A DNA stretch of 64,000 nt from Spirogloea muscicola (lineage: Eukaryota): the NCBI GenBank assembly GCA_009602725.1, contig WELB01000021.1, positions 878,634-942,633 on the forward strand. Direction: 5' to 3'. The notes under the pieces are model-generated. The model was given only the letters and a program-made list of their open reading frames with translations, was not told where the DNA came from and searched no databases. The position numbers were made by a program, and so were the translations under genes. This document shows positions 1 to 11,219 of this stretch, piece by piece; position 1 is the stretch's first letter; every line of letters begins with the position of its first letter.

Positions 1-356
1 GGTCTGCCAGGGGCGATGCCCGGCTTCAACGCCGCCGGTTCGCTCGCACAAGTCTTCCGCATGCGCCTGGCCGTATCGCTTCAACGCTCCCTTGCCCACG
101 CCGTCCACACGCGAGCAGGCCGTGCTATGGCCGCCGCCTCTGGGTCTCGGCGGAGTGCCTCTTTCCCTGCAGCGAGCTACTCAGACCTGATGTTACTCAC
201 TCGTGGGTACTGATCTTCCCTCTGCATCGTCTGTGTTCTGCAGTGTTTTGTCGTGTAGTCCTTTTTCGGCTCCTCTTTCTTTGGCTTTGGACACTGTTCA
301 TTCTTTTTGGGCTGGCTTTGCCAGCCCCTCTTCTCTATGGGCGCGCACTTCTCTTT
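1..356 (+). mobile_element. 3' fragment of RLE-type (CRE-like) non-LTR retrotransposon with 3'UTR hairpin
   Basis: ORF 16..213 (RMRLAVSLQRSLAHAVH...SYSDLMLLTRGY*) matches the C-terminus of longer copies at 5270-5689 and 30815-31183. It is followed by GGGCTGGC-TTT-GCCAGCCC (310-328) and ends ...GGGCGCGCACTTCTCT. Confidence 0.75.
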
Positions 357-385
357 CCCAGAGCTTCCCGGTAGGATAATCACTA

Positions 386-515
386 AAGTATCCTCTACTT
401 AGGAGCCGCAAGTCAGGGAGACTACCCGCCGGAAAGCAATCCCCTTGACGAAGCCAGAGGCTGCAGCACGGCCAGCAAGCAGATGCACGGCGTGGGCCGT
501 GGACCATGTGAACGG
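386..515 (-). mobile_element. Retroelement 3' ORF fragment, opposite orientation
   Basis: The minus strand ends ...SLPDLRLLSRGY, the same family C-terminus. Confidence 0.65.
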
Positions 516-689
516 CCAGCTCAGAAAAATGAATGAGCGGGTGTGGCCCTCGTGGCCCCCCCAATCACCCACTCAGTGCACGGTTCTCGCCTCCCTCAGC
601 CCGCGCCCTCCCTCCACTTCCTCCCTCCCCGCGCGGCAGCCATCGGCGTAGCGACGCCCCTCGCCCCCCAGCAGCCGGGCCAGCCGGCC

Positions 690-1460
690 CCCTGCTGTTG
701 CTCACACGTGGATACTGAGCAGCCATCTGCATCTCCCTCTGCACCATCTTGCACTTTGTAGTGTAGTCCTTTTTCAGCACCTCTTTCTTTGGCTTTGAAC
801 ATTGTCCATTCTTTTTGGGTTGGCTTTGCCAGCCCCTCTTCTCAATGGGCGAGCACCTTCTTCGCCCCCGCACTCGCTTGGCACGGGCAGCCCGCGATCC
901 GCGGCCGCGCTTTTACCCGGATGAGTGGCTGCGAAATCTGCGCCTGCCGACCGCTTCGAAGCTTGTCCATCCGAAGCAAAAATGGAAGGGCTCGCCCATT
1001 GAGGACAGGGGCTGGAAAAGCCAGCCCAAAAAAGAATGAAGCAAAAGCTCTACCAATTTACGGCAATGGCTGGGAGAGGACAGGCCAAGGGAAAGACCTT
1101 TTCCTTTCCAGTAGAGGGCGATGGCTGTGAATGAGAGAGAAATTGGCTCTTCCAAAGGGGGCAAGGGCTGTGAAAGCCAGCCCGAAAAGAACTGACAAGG
1201 GCTGTGATGGATGAATTTGAGGGCTGGCTTCTCTCAGCGCTTGCCCCCCTTGCGGCCCTTTCGGAGCTTGTTCTTTCTCTTGCGGCCAATCACAGCCATA
1301 GCCCTCTTATGAAAGAGTCTTTCTTCTCTCTCTTGGGCTGGCCTCTCGCAGCCACTGCCTGTACATTTGAAGAGCCCTCTCTCGTGGTAGGGCTGCTTCT
1401 CTTCCCACAGCCCTCGTACCATGTGGAAGTGCTGCTTCTTTCGGGCTGGCTTTCTCACAC
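690..1460. mobile_element. Nested cluster of retroelement 3' ends (both strands)
   Basis: LLLTRGY* at 695-718. Hairpin motifs at ~818(+), ~1010(-), ~1166(-), ~1221(+), ~1335(+) and ~1443(+). Confidence 0.7.
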
Positions 1461-2269
1461 CCTTCGCCCCTCGGATCAGGGAAAGCGTGAGGTCTTGTCG
1501 GCCGGCCTCCTCGGAGAGCCGGTCGCGCTCGACTGCTCAACGCCTTGTGGAAATCGTCGCGGGTCGACGCGCGCGGTTCCACCCCCAGGCCGCGGTCATA
1601 GCAGCGCCGCCATTGAAGACTTCATTATCACTGACATTCATCAACAACGAAAGGGGGGCGCAGGTTATCTTCTCCTGCGCTTTAGCCAAAAGAGCAGCTG
1701 TGTGGTCTTGATTGTAGCGATTTCCGGCCTCCTCCAGACCTTGTCGTCCTTTTTTAACACTAGCCTTTCACAGCTTCTTCTTCTTTCACAGTTCGTTGCC
1801 CTGTTTTGCAAGAGCTGCTTCTGCCTTGCAAAGAACTTTCTTACTTCTTGGCGCAAGTTGAGGGCGTGCTTTGTGGGCTGGCAGTCCCCAATACTCCTGC
1901 CCTTAGGTGCTGCTACCTCTTCGACTCGACGGAGCCATCCAACACATGGCTGAAGGTCACCCCCCCTGCCCAAGACCCCTGTCACGCTGGCGAAGTCGTC
2001 ACGTGACATCTGCCAGATTGCCGCCTGGCCCAAAAGCTACTGCTCGACACTTCGCTTGACGGACCAAGCCAGTGCAATTTGGAGTGGAGCCAGAAGTCGG
2101 ACAGCGTAGGGATCTAGAAGTTTGTCCGGCATGGCAGGGCAATGCCGACAAGATGATGGCGGGAAACGGCATGCTCACACTGACCTCCCTGCTCTTGTCC
2201 AGCATCGACCCACATTGCTGGCCACGCAGTGGGAAGTGCAGAGCACATAAAGCTGCAGCACTACTTTGA

Positions 2270-2660
2270 CTAACCCCGTAGCGATCACCTCCTACCAGCC
2301 GCAATTGACACCTTTGGCTGCACGGGTCCTCGTTTCCATACCCTACTTGAGAACATCGCAAGTTCACGATGTGCACGACGCGAGGACACGCTTCCAGCCG
2401 AGATGGGCATGCCGGCAGCCTATTTGTCGTTTTTGCGACATCGTGTGTCAGCCTGTTTGCAGCGAGCTCAGGCTCATGCTTTACTCCAGAAATCTGGTCG
2501 AGCCTTAGCTGGTGGCTGGCGGCACAAGGGCTGTTCAATCGCCGTCCGTTAGTCGGGCATCACTTAGCTACCTCTACGTGCTGATGCGTGGTTACTGAGC
2601 GAGCAGCAGGTGATGCACATCTGTCGATGTACTTGCCTTTGTACTTGGCCACAGGCTCCC
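2270..2660 (+). mobile_element. Second subfamily of RLE retroelement 3' end (RVSACLQRAQA type)
   Basis: Degenerate match to ORF 23755..23958 (RRRVSACLQRAQANALHQK...DLYVLTRAY). It ends LYVLMRGY* and is followed by the subfamily 3'UTR motif GTACTTGCCTTTGTACTTGGCCAC. Confidence 0.6.
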
Positions 2661-4264
2661 CATCACTCAAAAATACACTTCACTCCTACTCTAGTTTTCC
2701 TCTCGCTCCTTCTAGCTTATTCTGATTCTCGTGTCACTTAGACTCCTTCCCAAGGGCGTCGTCATCAGTAGCAGCACATTTAGATACACGCAAACCCTGA
2801 AATTGCTGATTTCCCCTTGGCTATTAGATGCTGGACTCCACTAGGACACCCTTCAAATAATGACGACTGTATCAGGCCAGACTCTCACGCACTGCCACAG
2901 TACACTTCCGCCCATCCGGGGCGATGTGAGAGTCACATTCACAGCACAAGCACAGACAAATGCGCACCTGGGGGCTCATCAACAAATTTGTGAGTCCATG
3001 TACATACAACATTGATACGCACAAACGGGTTCTGCCCAGATCCTTCCAAAGCTCAGCTCGTTCAAGCCACGCACTGCATTGATGATATCCTCGTCACGCG
3101 CAGCAAGCTTAGACACTGAGATATCGATGTGCAGCATCAGAGAGTGATCCACACTTTGCCATCCGCATTTTCAGCTGTGTGGGCAAGTAGCAACAAAGTC
3201 AAGGGACTACTTACATACCACAAAAGAGAGCAATCAATTCTGATAAGGAAAGGATGATACCAGGGGCTGTAGCCTTTAGGCTGGAAACACAAGAAGCGCT
3301 CTCCTAAGAGCCAGCCTGCTATCAGCCACCATGACAAACGAAGAGCTAGAATCCTTGTCGGATGTCAATCTGGAGGTTTCAAGGAGATAATCCTACAAGG
3401 AATAGCTTGAGGTTGGAAGCAAGGAAGGCCAGATTCAGTATGAGGGCGCCTGCACACTGAAGCAGACTGCAGGTTGCATAAGGGTGTTGAGGACATGTGT
3501 CGCACGTGGTTGGGAATCACCCATGAGGAGCCGCACTGAGTGTACCCGGTTATGAGTTTGCCTTTTTACGTCTGCCTTCGAGTGCATTGCTGTCAGTCCT
3601 TCTCTTCACTTTTGAGGAAAAGACATTGGATCCTCTACACGAGATGACACACAGTTGGGTAAGAGGACGACACATATGCATGGTCATGCAACATTGAGAT
3701 GTACCCAGGGACTAGAATGCCCGCGGCCATATGGGCTTGTTTGTCTTACCCTACACGCAGACATCCTTGTAACCAGCACCAGATTGACGTGAATTGATGT
3801 CAGTCGCTGGACTGGTAATTTTGGGGGCGACCTGTGTGGCAACAACCCTGCGTTAGAACCTTACAGTTACAACATGTTGTTTCTGAGAAGAGCTGCCTGC
3901 TTGGGAACTCCAGACCCCTTCCTTCGACTTGCAGCATCCAGTTGCTGAATGCTGCAGGCGTGGCATACAAGCATGTCAACAGACACTGAAGGGATAGCTC
4001 ACTGACCTCTGCTTTCCTTTACAGGCATGACAACATTACTAGTCCAAGCTTGTGCCAACATATCACAGCAAGGTGCCTGCAAAGTGGCGCTTCTTCTCCT
4101 TCTACGATTTTCGGCATGCTTAACAATCCGTCATGTGTCACTTGCTTGAATCAAGCAACGGCTTTAATATCAGCAAGGCATGAAACTTGACAAATGCTCG
4201 AGGATTCGAGGCTATTTCTGAGACATGTCATTAGCGGCACTTACTCGTTAAAATTTACATGACA

Positions 4265-4303
4265 TAACCTAAACCCTAGACCTCCCTAAACCTACACCCT
4301 ACA
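4265..4303 (+). repeat. Degenerate plant telomere-like (CCCTAAA) repeats / telo-box
   Basis: TAACCTAAACCCTAGACCTCCCTAAACCTACACCCTACA. Confidence 0.4.
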
Positions 4304-5269
4304 CTCTATGCAGTGCTATATGCATTTACAAGCAAGAAGCACCTTACTTAGAAGGGGATGCCCAGCCTTCGCTGATGCTATTGTCCTACAAGAGGTGCAC
4401 TTTTGAAAGCGTCGGAAGGGCCATGGCTCGCAGAGAAAACGAGATCATGTCAACTTTCTCGTTCGACCAATGAGCCACTACTGAAGCACCCACCTCGCTT
4501 GACCTAAGAGCCTGATATGGACCTGCAGGGGACGCGATATTCTGCCACTGCAGGAGCTCTTGCTGGCCAGATTGTAAGTATTCAGAGCTATACACACAAG
4601 CATGCCAAAGCTTACCTTCTTGTTGGGCTCATCATGTTGCTCTTGACAATGTTGTACATTGAATGAGCTTTCGATGAAGCTTACGCCAGCATTGACAACA
4701 TGGTAAACACGTAGTAAGCTGGAAGTCGTGCACCGTCAAGCGGTTTTCCAGAAACACAACGCCTGGAGATGGGGAGGGCTTGGCTTCTAGATGAAGAGTC
4801 CTGAAAGATCCGGTGAAGCCTTTGGCTTCGCCACGCCACGAGGACGGCCAGCCCTCAGGCTGGGCTAAGTGGACCTGGTGGTGTATGCGCCAAGGAAGGA
4901 GTCTTTGGTGCTACTATTGCGGTCTTGACGAACTCGAAGGAGCTGGCGTACTGAGGGGCTAAGATTGCTTGGTTGTGGCGGGGATCCTATGACAAGGAAC
5001 GGCATCTGCACAGCATGGCCCGGGCTGCAAGGCGTAGTAGGGGCTGGGGGTTTGTGAGAGCTTGTTCATTGCTTTGCTCTGCGGGATTTGTTCTCGTGAG
5101 CACCAATCAGGCCGTCCCTCCTAGTAGCAGCGGGGTGCATGGCGGGCTCCGTGTACGCATTGCCGATCGAAGTGGGGGAAGAGGTGGCGCCCCACCGAGG
5201 GTGAGGGAAGAGGTGGCGCCCCCCCAGAGGAGGCGAGAATTGGATTGGACAGACCTCCCTCTCCACTGG

Positions 5270-5770
5270 TCCCTCGCTCAGGCCAATCTCACCAGATCGG
5301 CGTCTACTGCTGGGCACGCGGTCGGCCAGGCGGACCGGGGCAAGGAGCGCAAATACGCGGATCACCCGGTTGGTGATGAATTCAAGGCTCTGGCAGTCGA
5401 TGTCCACGGAGCTTTCGGCAGCCGCTGGCTGGAGATCCTCCAGCGGCTTGCCCGTCAGGCCATTGACCGGCGGCCGGGTCAGCCAGGGGCGCTGCCCGGC
5501 TTCCACGCCGCCGGTTCGCTCGCCCAGGTATTCCATATGCGCGTGGCGGTCTCGTTCCAACGCTCCCTTGCCTACGCCGTCCACACGCGAGCAGCCGTTG
5601 CTATGGCTGCTGCCTCTGGGTCTCGGCGGAGTGCCTCTTTCCCTGCAGCGAGCTACTCTGACTTGATGTTGCTCACACGCGGGTACTGAGCTTCCCTTTG
5701 CATCGTGTCGTGTGTTTTAGTGTAGTCCTTTTTCGGCACCTCTTTCTTTGGCTGTGGATATTGTCCATGG
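5270..5770 (+). mobile_element. Longest + strand RLE-type retroelement 3' fragment
   Basis: ORF 4973..5689 C-terminus AGHAVGQADRGKERKYADHP...FKALAVDVHGAFGSRWLEILQRLAR...RVAVSFQRSL resembles the K..KY...F.p.a.e..G end of the restriction-like endonuclease region of CRE-like LINEs. Confidence 0.75.
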
Positions 5771-5802
5771 ACATTGTTTAGACATCAATTAGTGCAAAGA
5801 AA

Positions 5803-6438
5803 TGGGGGCTTTGTCGACCCGTCCTACGACCACTTCTGAAGCTGCTGGAGGAGTGGGGCAGCAACAGTGGCAGGAGGGATGGCAGCGGTGGGAAGGAGGG
5901 CCGATGGTGGGCCCTGTCGACCTGTCCTGCGTCCGCTTCTGGAGCTGCTAGAGTGGGAGGCAGCAGCTGTGCAAGGAGGGATGGCGGGGGGGCGAAAGGA
6001 GGGCCGAGGGTGCCACGGAGCGAAGGAAGCTGCGCCGATGGGGGTCTTGTCCACCCGTCCTGCGTCCGCTTTTGGAGCTGCTAGAAGAGTGGGAAGCAGC
6101 AGCTGTGGCAGGAGGGATGGCGGGGGAGGTATATTATCGGGGGCTGGGTGACCGAAGGGCCAGGACCTGCCGCCACATTTGCCACGATGCCGAGGGAGCC
6201 GTGCCGATGGGGGCCTTGTCGACCCGTCCTGCGTCCACTTCTGGAGCTGCTCGAGGAGTGGAAGTCAGCAGCAGGGGCAGGGGTGATGCCAAGAAGGGGA
6301 AGGAGGGGCCGGACGTGCCACGGAGCGGAGGGAGCCGTGCCGACGGGGGCCTTGTCGACCCGTCCTGCGTATGCTTCTGGAGCTGCTAGAGGAGTGGAAG
6401 GCAGCAGCAGTGGCAGGAGGGATGGAGGGGGTGGGTGG
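5803..6438 (+). repeat. Minisatellite, 5 degenerate units of ~105-170 bp
   Basis: Core GGGGCCTTGTCGACCCGTCCTGCGTCCGCTTCTGGAGCTGCTAGAGGAGTGG recurs at ~5804, 5908, 6040, 6209 and 6345. The array ends at a 7-N gap. Confidence 0.85.
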
Positions 6439-6899
6439 NNNNNNNGGGCAATGGAGCCGCCGCCGTCGCCGCCGGCGGCCGCGACGGCGGCGGCGCGAGC
6501 GGCGGGCGCGGGCACTCAACGGTCAGGAGGGGAAGTAGTGAAAGCGTGGCCAGTTAGAACGACCAATTGAGTATTACGAATGAGGGAAGCAGCGTCTGCC
6601 GCGTCGCTCTGGCGCTGAGCAAAGGCATGAAAACAAACCCCCTGACGAAAGCCAGAGGCAGCCAAGGCATGGCCATGGCAGACGATAGTACCTGACCTAG
6701 ACCTAACCTTGAAATCTCTTTCTGGGGGTGAGGCCAGTGCGTAGACACACCAACCGTTGGACGCTTAGGCTCTAGGCGTGGCGACGCTTTTCAGCCCTCT
6801 GCTTATTCCGTCTGCAATTGCTGACCGGAGCTTTTTGAGCGTCCATTCACAGAAGTCACAGAAGTCACTCCGCGTTCTATGCCCCTTCCAGCCGTCAGA

Positions 6900-8830
6900 C
6901 CTTCCATCTGCGTCATTTCGTGTCTAGTTGTACATTTTTTTTGGGCACCTTTTTGTGGCCTTTGGATATTGTCCATTCTTTTCTGGGCTGGCTTTGCTAG
7001 CCCCTCTCTCCTCTTTTTCTATGGGCGAGCAAGTTCTTGTCAGACCTTGTTGAAAGCGTCTTTCTCTCTCTTGTTCACTCCACTTGGGCTGGCCTCTCAC
7101 AGCCACTGCCTTACTTTGAACGACCTGTTTAGGACCTATATTTCTCCCTTCCTGAGTGACTCTTCTCCAGCTGCAAGTCACTCCGACCTGTGGCTGCTGA
7201 CTCGGGTTACCAAGCTCCCATCCGCTGCAGTCACTTGCATAGCTGTGAGGTTTTAGCGCTTTTCGGCCCTTTGGACCTTGTCCATTCTTACCGGACTAGC
7301 CTTTCACAGCCCTCGACCCCTTCAGGCCCCGCAGTCGCTGCTTAGCTCGTACTTTGGCCCCTTCGAACCTTGTCAATTCTTTTCGGGCTGGCTTCTAACA
7401 GCCCTTGCCCCCATTGGGAGAACCACTTCTTCTTTGGAAGAGCGACTCTCTTTTTTGCTTGATACTTGCTTAGCTGTGTCGCTGTGTTGCAAGCTCTAAT
7501 TGCGCTGGCCTCTCACTGCAATCGCCTCACTTTGGACAAGCTGGTTCTTCTTTCCTCGCGAGAGTGCTTCTTCTCTGTTCGTGCTCGGCGTGCCCTGACT
7601 TCTGCCTCCTCTACTGGGAAGGAGTTGCTCCGCAACTCCCTAATCCTAAACCCCGCAACTCCCTTCCTGCTGCTACTTTTACTGACTTGCGGCTGCTAAC
7701 TAGGGGTTACTGAGCAGGCACACGTAGTAATCCCTCCACGTTTTCCTCGGCTCCACTGGACTTTGTTCATATTATGTAGGCAGGCTTTCCGCAGCCCTCC
7801 CCCCTTGAGAAAAACAGCTCTTCCAATGTAAGGAGATGGCTGTGAGCAGCTCTCCTATTCAAGCTGCGAGTTACTCCGACCTGCGGCTGCTGACGAGGGG
7901 TTTGAGCTCCTATTTGCTGTGGTCACATGCATAGCTGTGTGCTATGAGCACCATTCAGCCATTCGGACCTCGTCCACACTTTTTGGGCTGGCTTTTCACA
8001 GCCCTCGCCCCCTATGGACGAGCCACTTTCTTTGCACGAGCTGCTTCTCTCTACGTGCTGCTACTTCTCCAACTTGCGGCTGCTAAATTGGCGATTATTG
8101 AACAGGCACCCCTAGTGGTCTTCAAGCTTTTCTGACTCGTTTGGCCTCCCTTTCCTTTCCTGCGCACCACGCGCCTTCTCGCTTTCCTCTAGCACTGTTC
8201 ATGAGGCGAAGTGACGGGAGGTGAGTAGCAGTGATACCCAAAAGTTCTTGCCAAAAGGGGGCTCTGGTTGTGCCAGGCCAGCCCAAAAGCGATAGACAAG
8301 GTCCGAAGGGCCGGTTAGGGCCAAACCAGACAGCTACGCAAGTGGCTTCCACGAATGGCTGCATGGGCCTCATTCATCTGATATTGGGGGTGCCTCGTGC
8401 CAGATTATGGGATGCTCCTGCGCCTTCCGGCATCTGGTATTTGCCATCTGGTGTTCAGGCATCGATTGGCGACCTCTAAGTGTTGACCCGTGGTCACTGA
8501 GCCGGTCAACTTGCAGGGGGTGATGTACGTCATTAGATGTGCTTGCCTTTGTACTTCTGCCAGTTTGCCTTTCGGTTCTTTCAACTTTACGAAAGTTCTT
8601 CCTTCCGGCCCTTTCAGACCTTAATTATAGTTGGTTGGAGTGGTCCATCCTCCCCAGTTGTGCCATAGCCTCTTCATACCCCGTAGTCGCTGCTTAGCTC
8701 GTAGTTTGGCCCCTTCGAACCTTGTCAACTCTTTTCGGGCTGGCTTCTCACAGCCCTTGCCCCCATTGGGAGAGCCACTTCTTTCTCACAGCGACTGCCG
8801 TATAAGCTGTTTCTTTTTGGTTGCCCTGTC
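6900..8830. mobile_element. Dense array of retroelement 3'-end fragments
   Basis: SDLWLLTR, SDLRLLTRG and DL.VLTRGH remnants, plus hairpin motifs at ~6985, 7086, 7384, 7985, 8277(-) and 8737. Confidence 0.7.
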
Positions 8831-9409
8831 ATACGCTGGGCCCCGCACGCCGCGACGCTTGCTGACCAACTCTTGCTGAGTACTTGGAAGTCCGCGGGAC
8901 TTCCAGCTGGGTGCACACCAGGTCGTGGCGCAGCCGCTAGAGCGTGGCGACGGCGGCCCGCAAGCGCCACCGTCAAACACCACCACCCGGCCCCCCACCG
9001 CCAATTAGTCGCAAAGACCTACCTAGAGGCTGCGAAAAGCGTGCAAAACAAGGACAGTTGCTGGAGGCTTCAGCTTGGCGAGGGTGCCGCCACAGGACGG
9101 AGGCACTAAGAAGGCAGTGTGAAGGGGCTGACTTCACATCGCCCTTGTGCCACTGTTTTGCTTATTCAGCTGGCTAGGTCAAGCGCACCTTCTATTGTAT
9201 TCATGAGTATTCTTGAGTGTTGTGTACCGCGACCTGTGGAGCTCGGGTAGCCAAAAGGCAAGCAGAAGCCTCGATGTTGCCCTCAACTCGCACCTTCTTC
9301 ACGACTTCTCGCGAGGCCTCCACTGAGCGCCTGACCAAGTCTGGCAGATGAGCCTTCTCACAGCCTGAGATTTCCGAGTACCTAGCGCACTTTTCCAAAG
9401 GGCAACCTC

Positions 9410-11219
9410 TTCAGCAGACCAATGGAAACTGTAGGTAGAGCTAACAACGACTCTGCTGACCAGCTCAATGGAACAGCGCAGACTGTAGCTAGAGCTATCA
9501 TCGACTCTGCTGGCAAACTCAACGGAACAGCTTCATGAGCTGCTGGTAAGGCTGTCTGCTTTCTTCATTAAGAGAGGTTGCCCAGTCAACAAATTCATTT
9601 GCACATGCAATGCCTCCACCTTTGGCTCCTAGGCCACTTGGCAGCACAGCTACTACTCACGCGAGCTGCCCTTCTTGTGCAGCTCGAGTCGGGGAATCAG
9701 CGGAAGCAGCAAAAGCTACCATGGTACAGATGAATGTTGCGGGCAATGCCTTTTCCAGTGCAGCCACTCATGCTGAAGAAGTAGCATATTCGGCTCAGGT
9801 TGCTTGCACCAAGGCTGGCAATGCAAGCAATGCCATAGAAAAACTAGCCAACACAACAGCATCATTGGTGGGAGAGCTTGGACCGAGGATTAGTACGACA
9901 TACGATCAAGCATCGTCAACTCTTGGTGCTGTTCAAGATTCTGTCAACTAGATCACACCACAGGCCGCCTCGACTGTGGAGACGGTCCAAAACTCTGTCC
10001 AAGACTTGACGCCCACTGCACAAAGTGCACTGCACTCGTTGAGTGCCACAAGTGAGGCAGTGAGACAAAATATTCCAGCCTTGGTGCAAAGCTGTCAGGT
10101 CATTAGTTCAGCAAGCCTGCTTTTGCTTGTTGACTTAGTGCTGCTCGCTGCATTATCGGCACGCTTGGTCTGACATACAGGCTGTGCTCATACCAAGCAC
10201 AAACTGCTATATTTGAAGCAACGGAAGATCATGAATCTCACAATCTGTATGGTCCTAGCCTTGGACGAACTTTTCTATCCGCTCTATCGGTGTTTCTTGA
10301 CTGATTGCTTTGTCAGTGTTTCTTGACTGTTTGCTATGTTGACTGTTTCTCTTCAGGCTGCAGCTGTAGCAACTGTTGCAGGCGCTGCAGCTTTGGCTAG
10401 AACAGCTAGGGGTCTGAAAAGAATTGCTGTGAATTCTTCAAGAATGGTTGCTACGAAAGAGGCCAGCCCGGTCTCCCGAGCAGCTGATAGAATTTCCAAC
10501 AGAGCAGGCGGTTTCTTCAAGGCTTTGAAGGATGTTCAGCATGGCTTATTCATCCCTGCCACTGAAGATGCATACTTGATGTGCTGCAACCACTTCACCA
10601 AAGAAATGCAAGAGCGTCACTTGGCCAGGTAAGTAGCAACATCTCAAGAATGGCACACTGCCACCTCACACAATGCGATCCAACCATTCGTGCTGTGCTT
10701 TCAGTACAATGCACTACCCAGCAGTCCTGGCCCGCTTCTCAAGTCTATGTGAAGGCTTTGCAGCGATCCAGTCTAGCTGACGTTCCAATATAAGCTTCAG
10801 TGACTCTTTTCTGTCATTAGGCTGGGCCATGAGACATTGAAGATATGTATGAAAAATGTGTCATATGCTGCAGGACACCAAAGCATGCAATAGAGAAAGT
10901 CAAGGCAATGCGCGAAAGTGGTGTGCTGCTAAAAGAGAAGGAGGTTGTCTACCATCGCGATGTCATTGTTGCCACCTGTGATAAAGCCATCATTGAGATG
11001 CCAGAAAGGATGGGTCGCTTTATAATCTGTGGCAGCACTGACTTGCATGGACAGCCTTACATCCAGCTGAAGGGGATAATTTGTGACATGGACAAGCCTG
11101 GTGCACCAATGGGGAAAGTCATGAATCTAGGATGGCAACCTCAACATGCTGCACTGGAGATGGTCTTCAACTTGCTTACACTTGCTTACCTTGATTGCAA
11201 TTGCCATGCACACGTGTAG
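9410..11219 (+). pseudogene. Probable multi-exon pseudogene: Ala/Thr-rich 18-aa-repeat N-terminus plus unknown C-terminal domain
   Basis: ORFs 9610..9951 and 9976..10173 are in frame across a single TAG (9949). A phase-0 intron (GT 10099, AG 10356) joins ORF 10336. Another GTAAGT donor at 10629 and AG at 10820 lead to ORF 10845..11219, but the frame is broken. A 54-bp tandem repeat sits at 9428/9482. Confidence 0.5.

Noticed and set aside
1204..1953. 249-aa ORF
   Set aside because: It runs through stacked retroelement 3'UTR hairpins and has no recognisable motifs.
2700..4950. ORF-poor unique sequence (also 11.6-14.2 kb and 49.5-53.2 kb)
   Set aside because: No supportable gene model by eye; short exons could have been missed.
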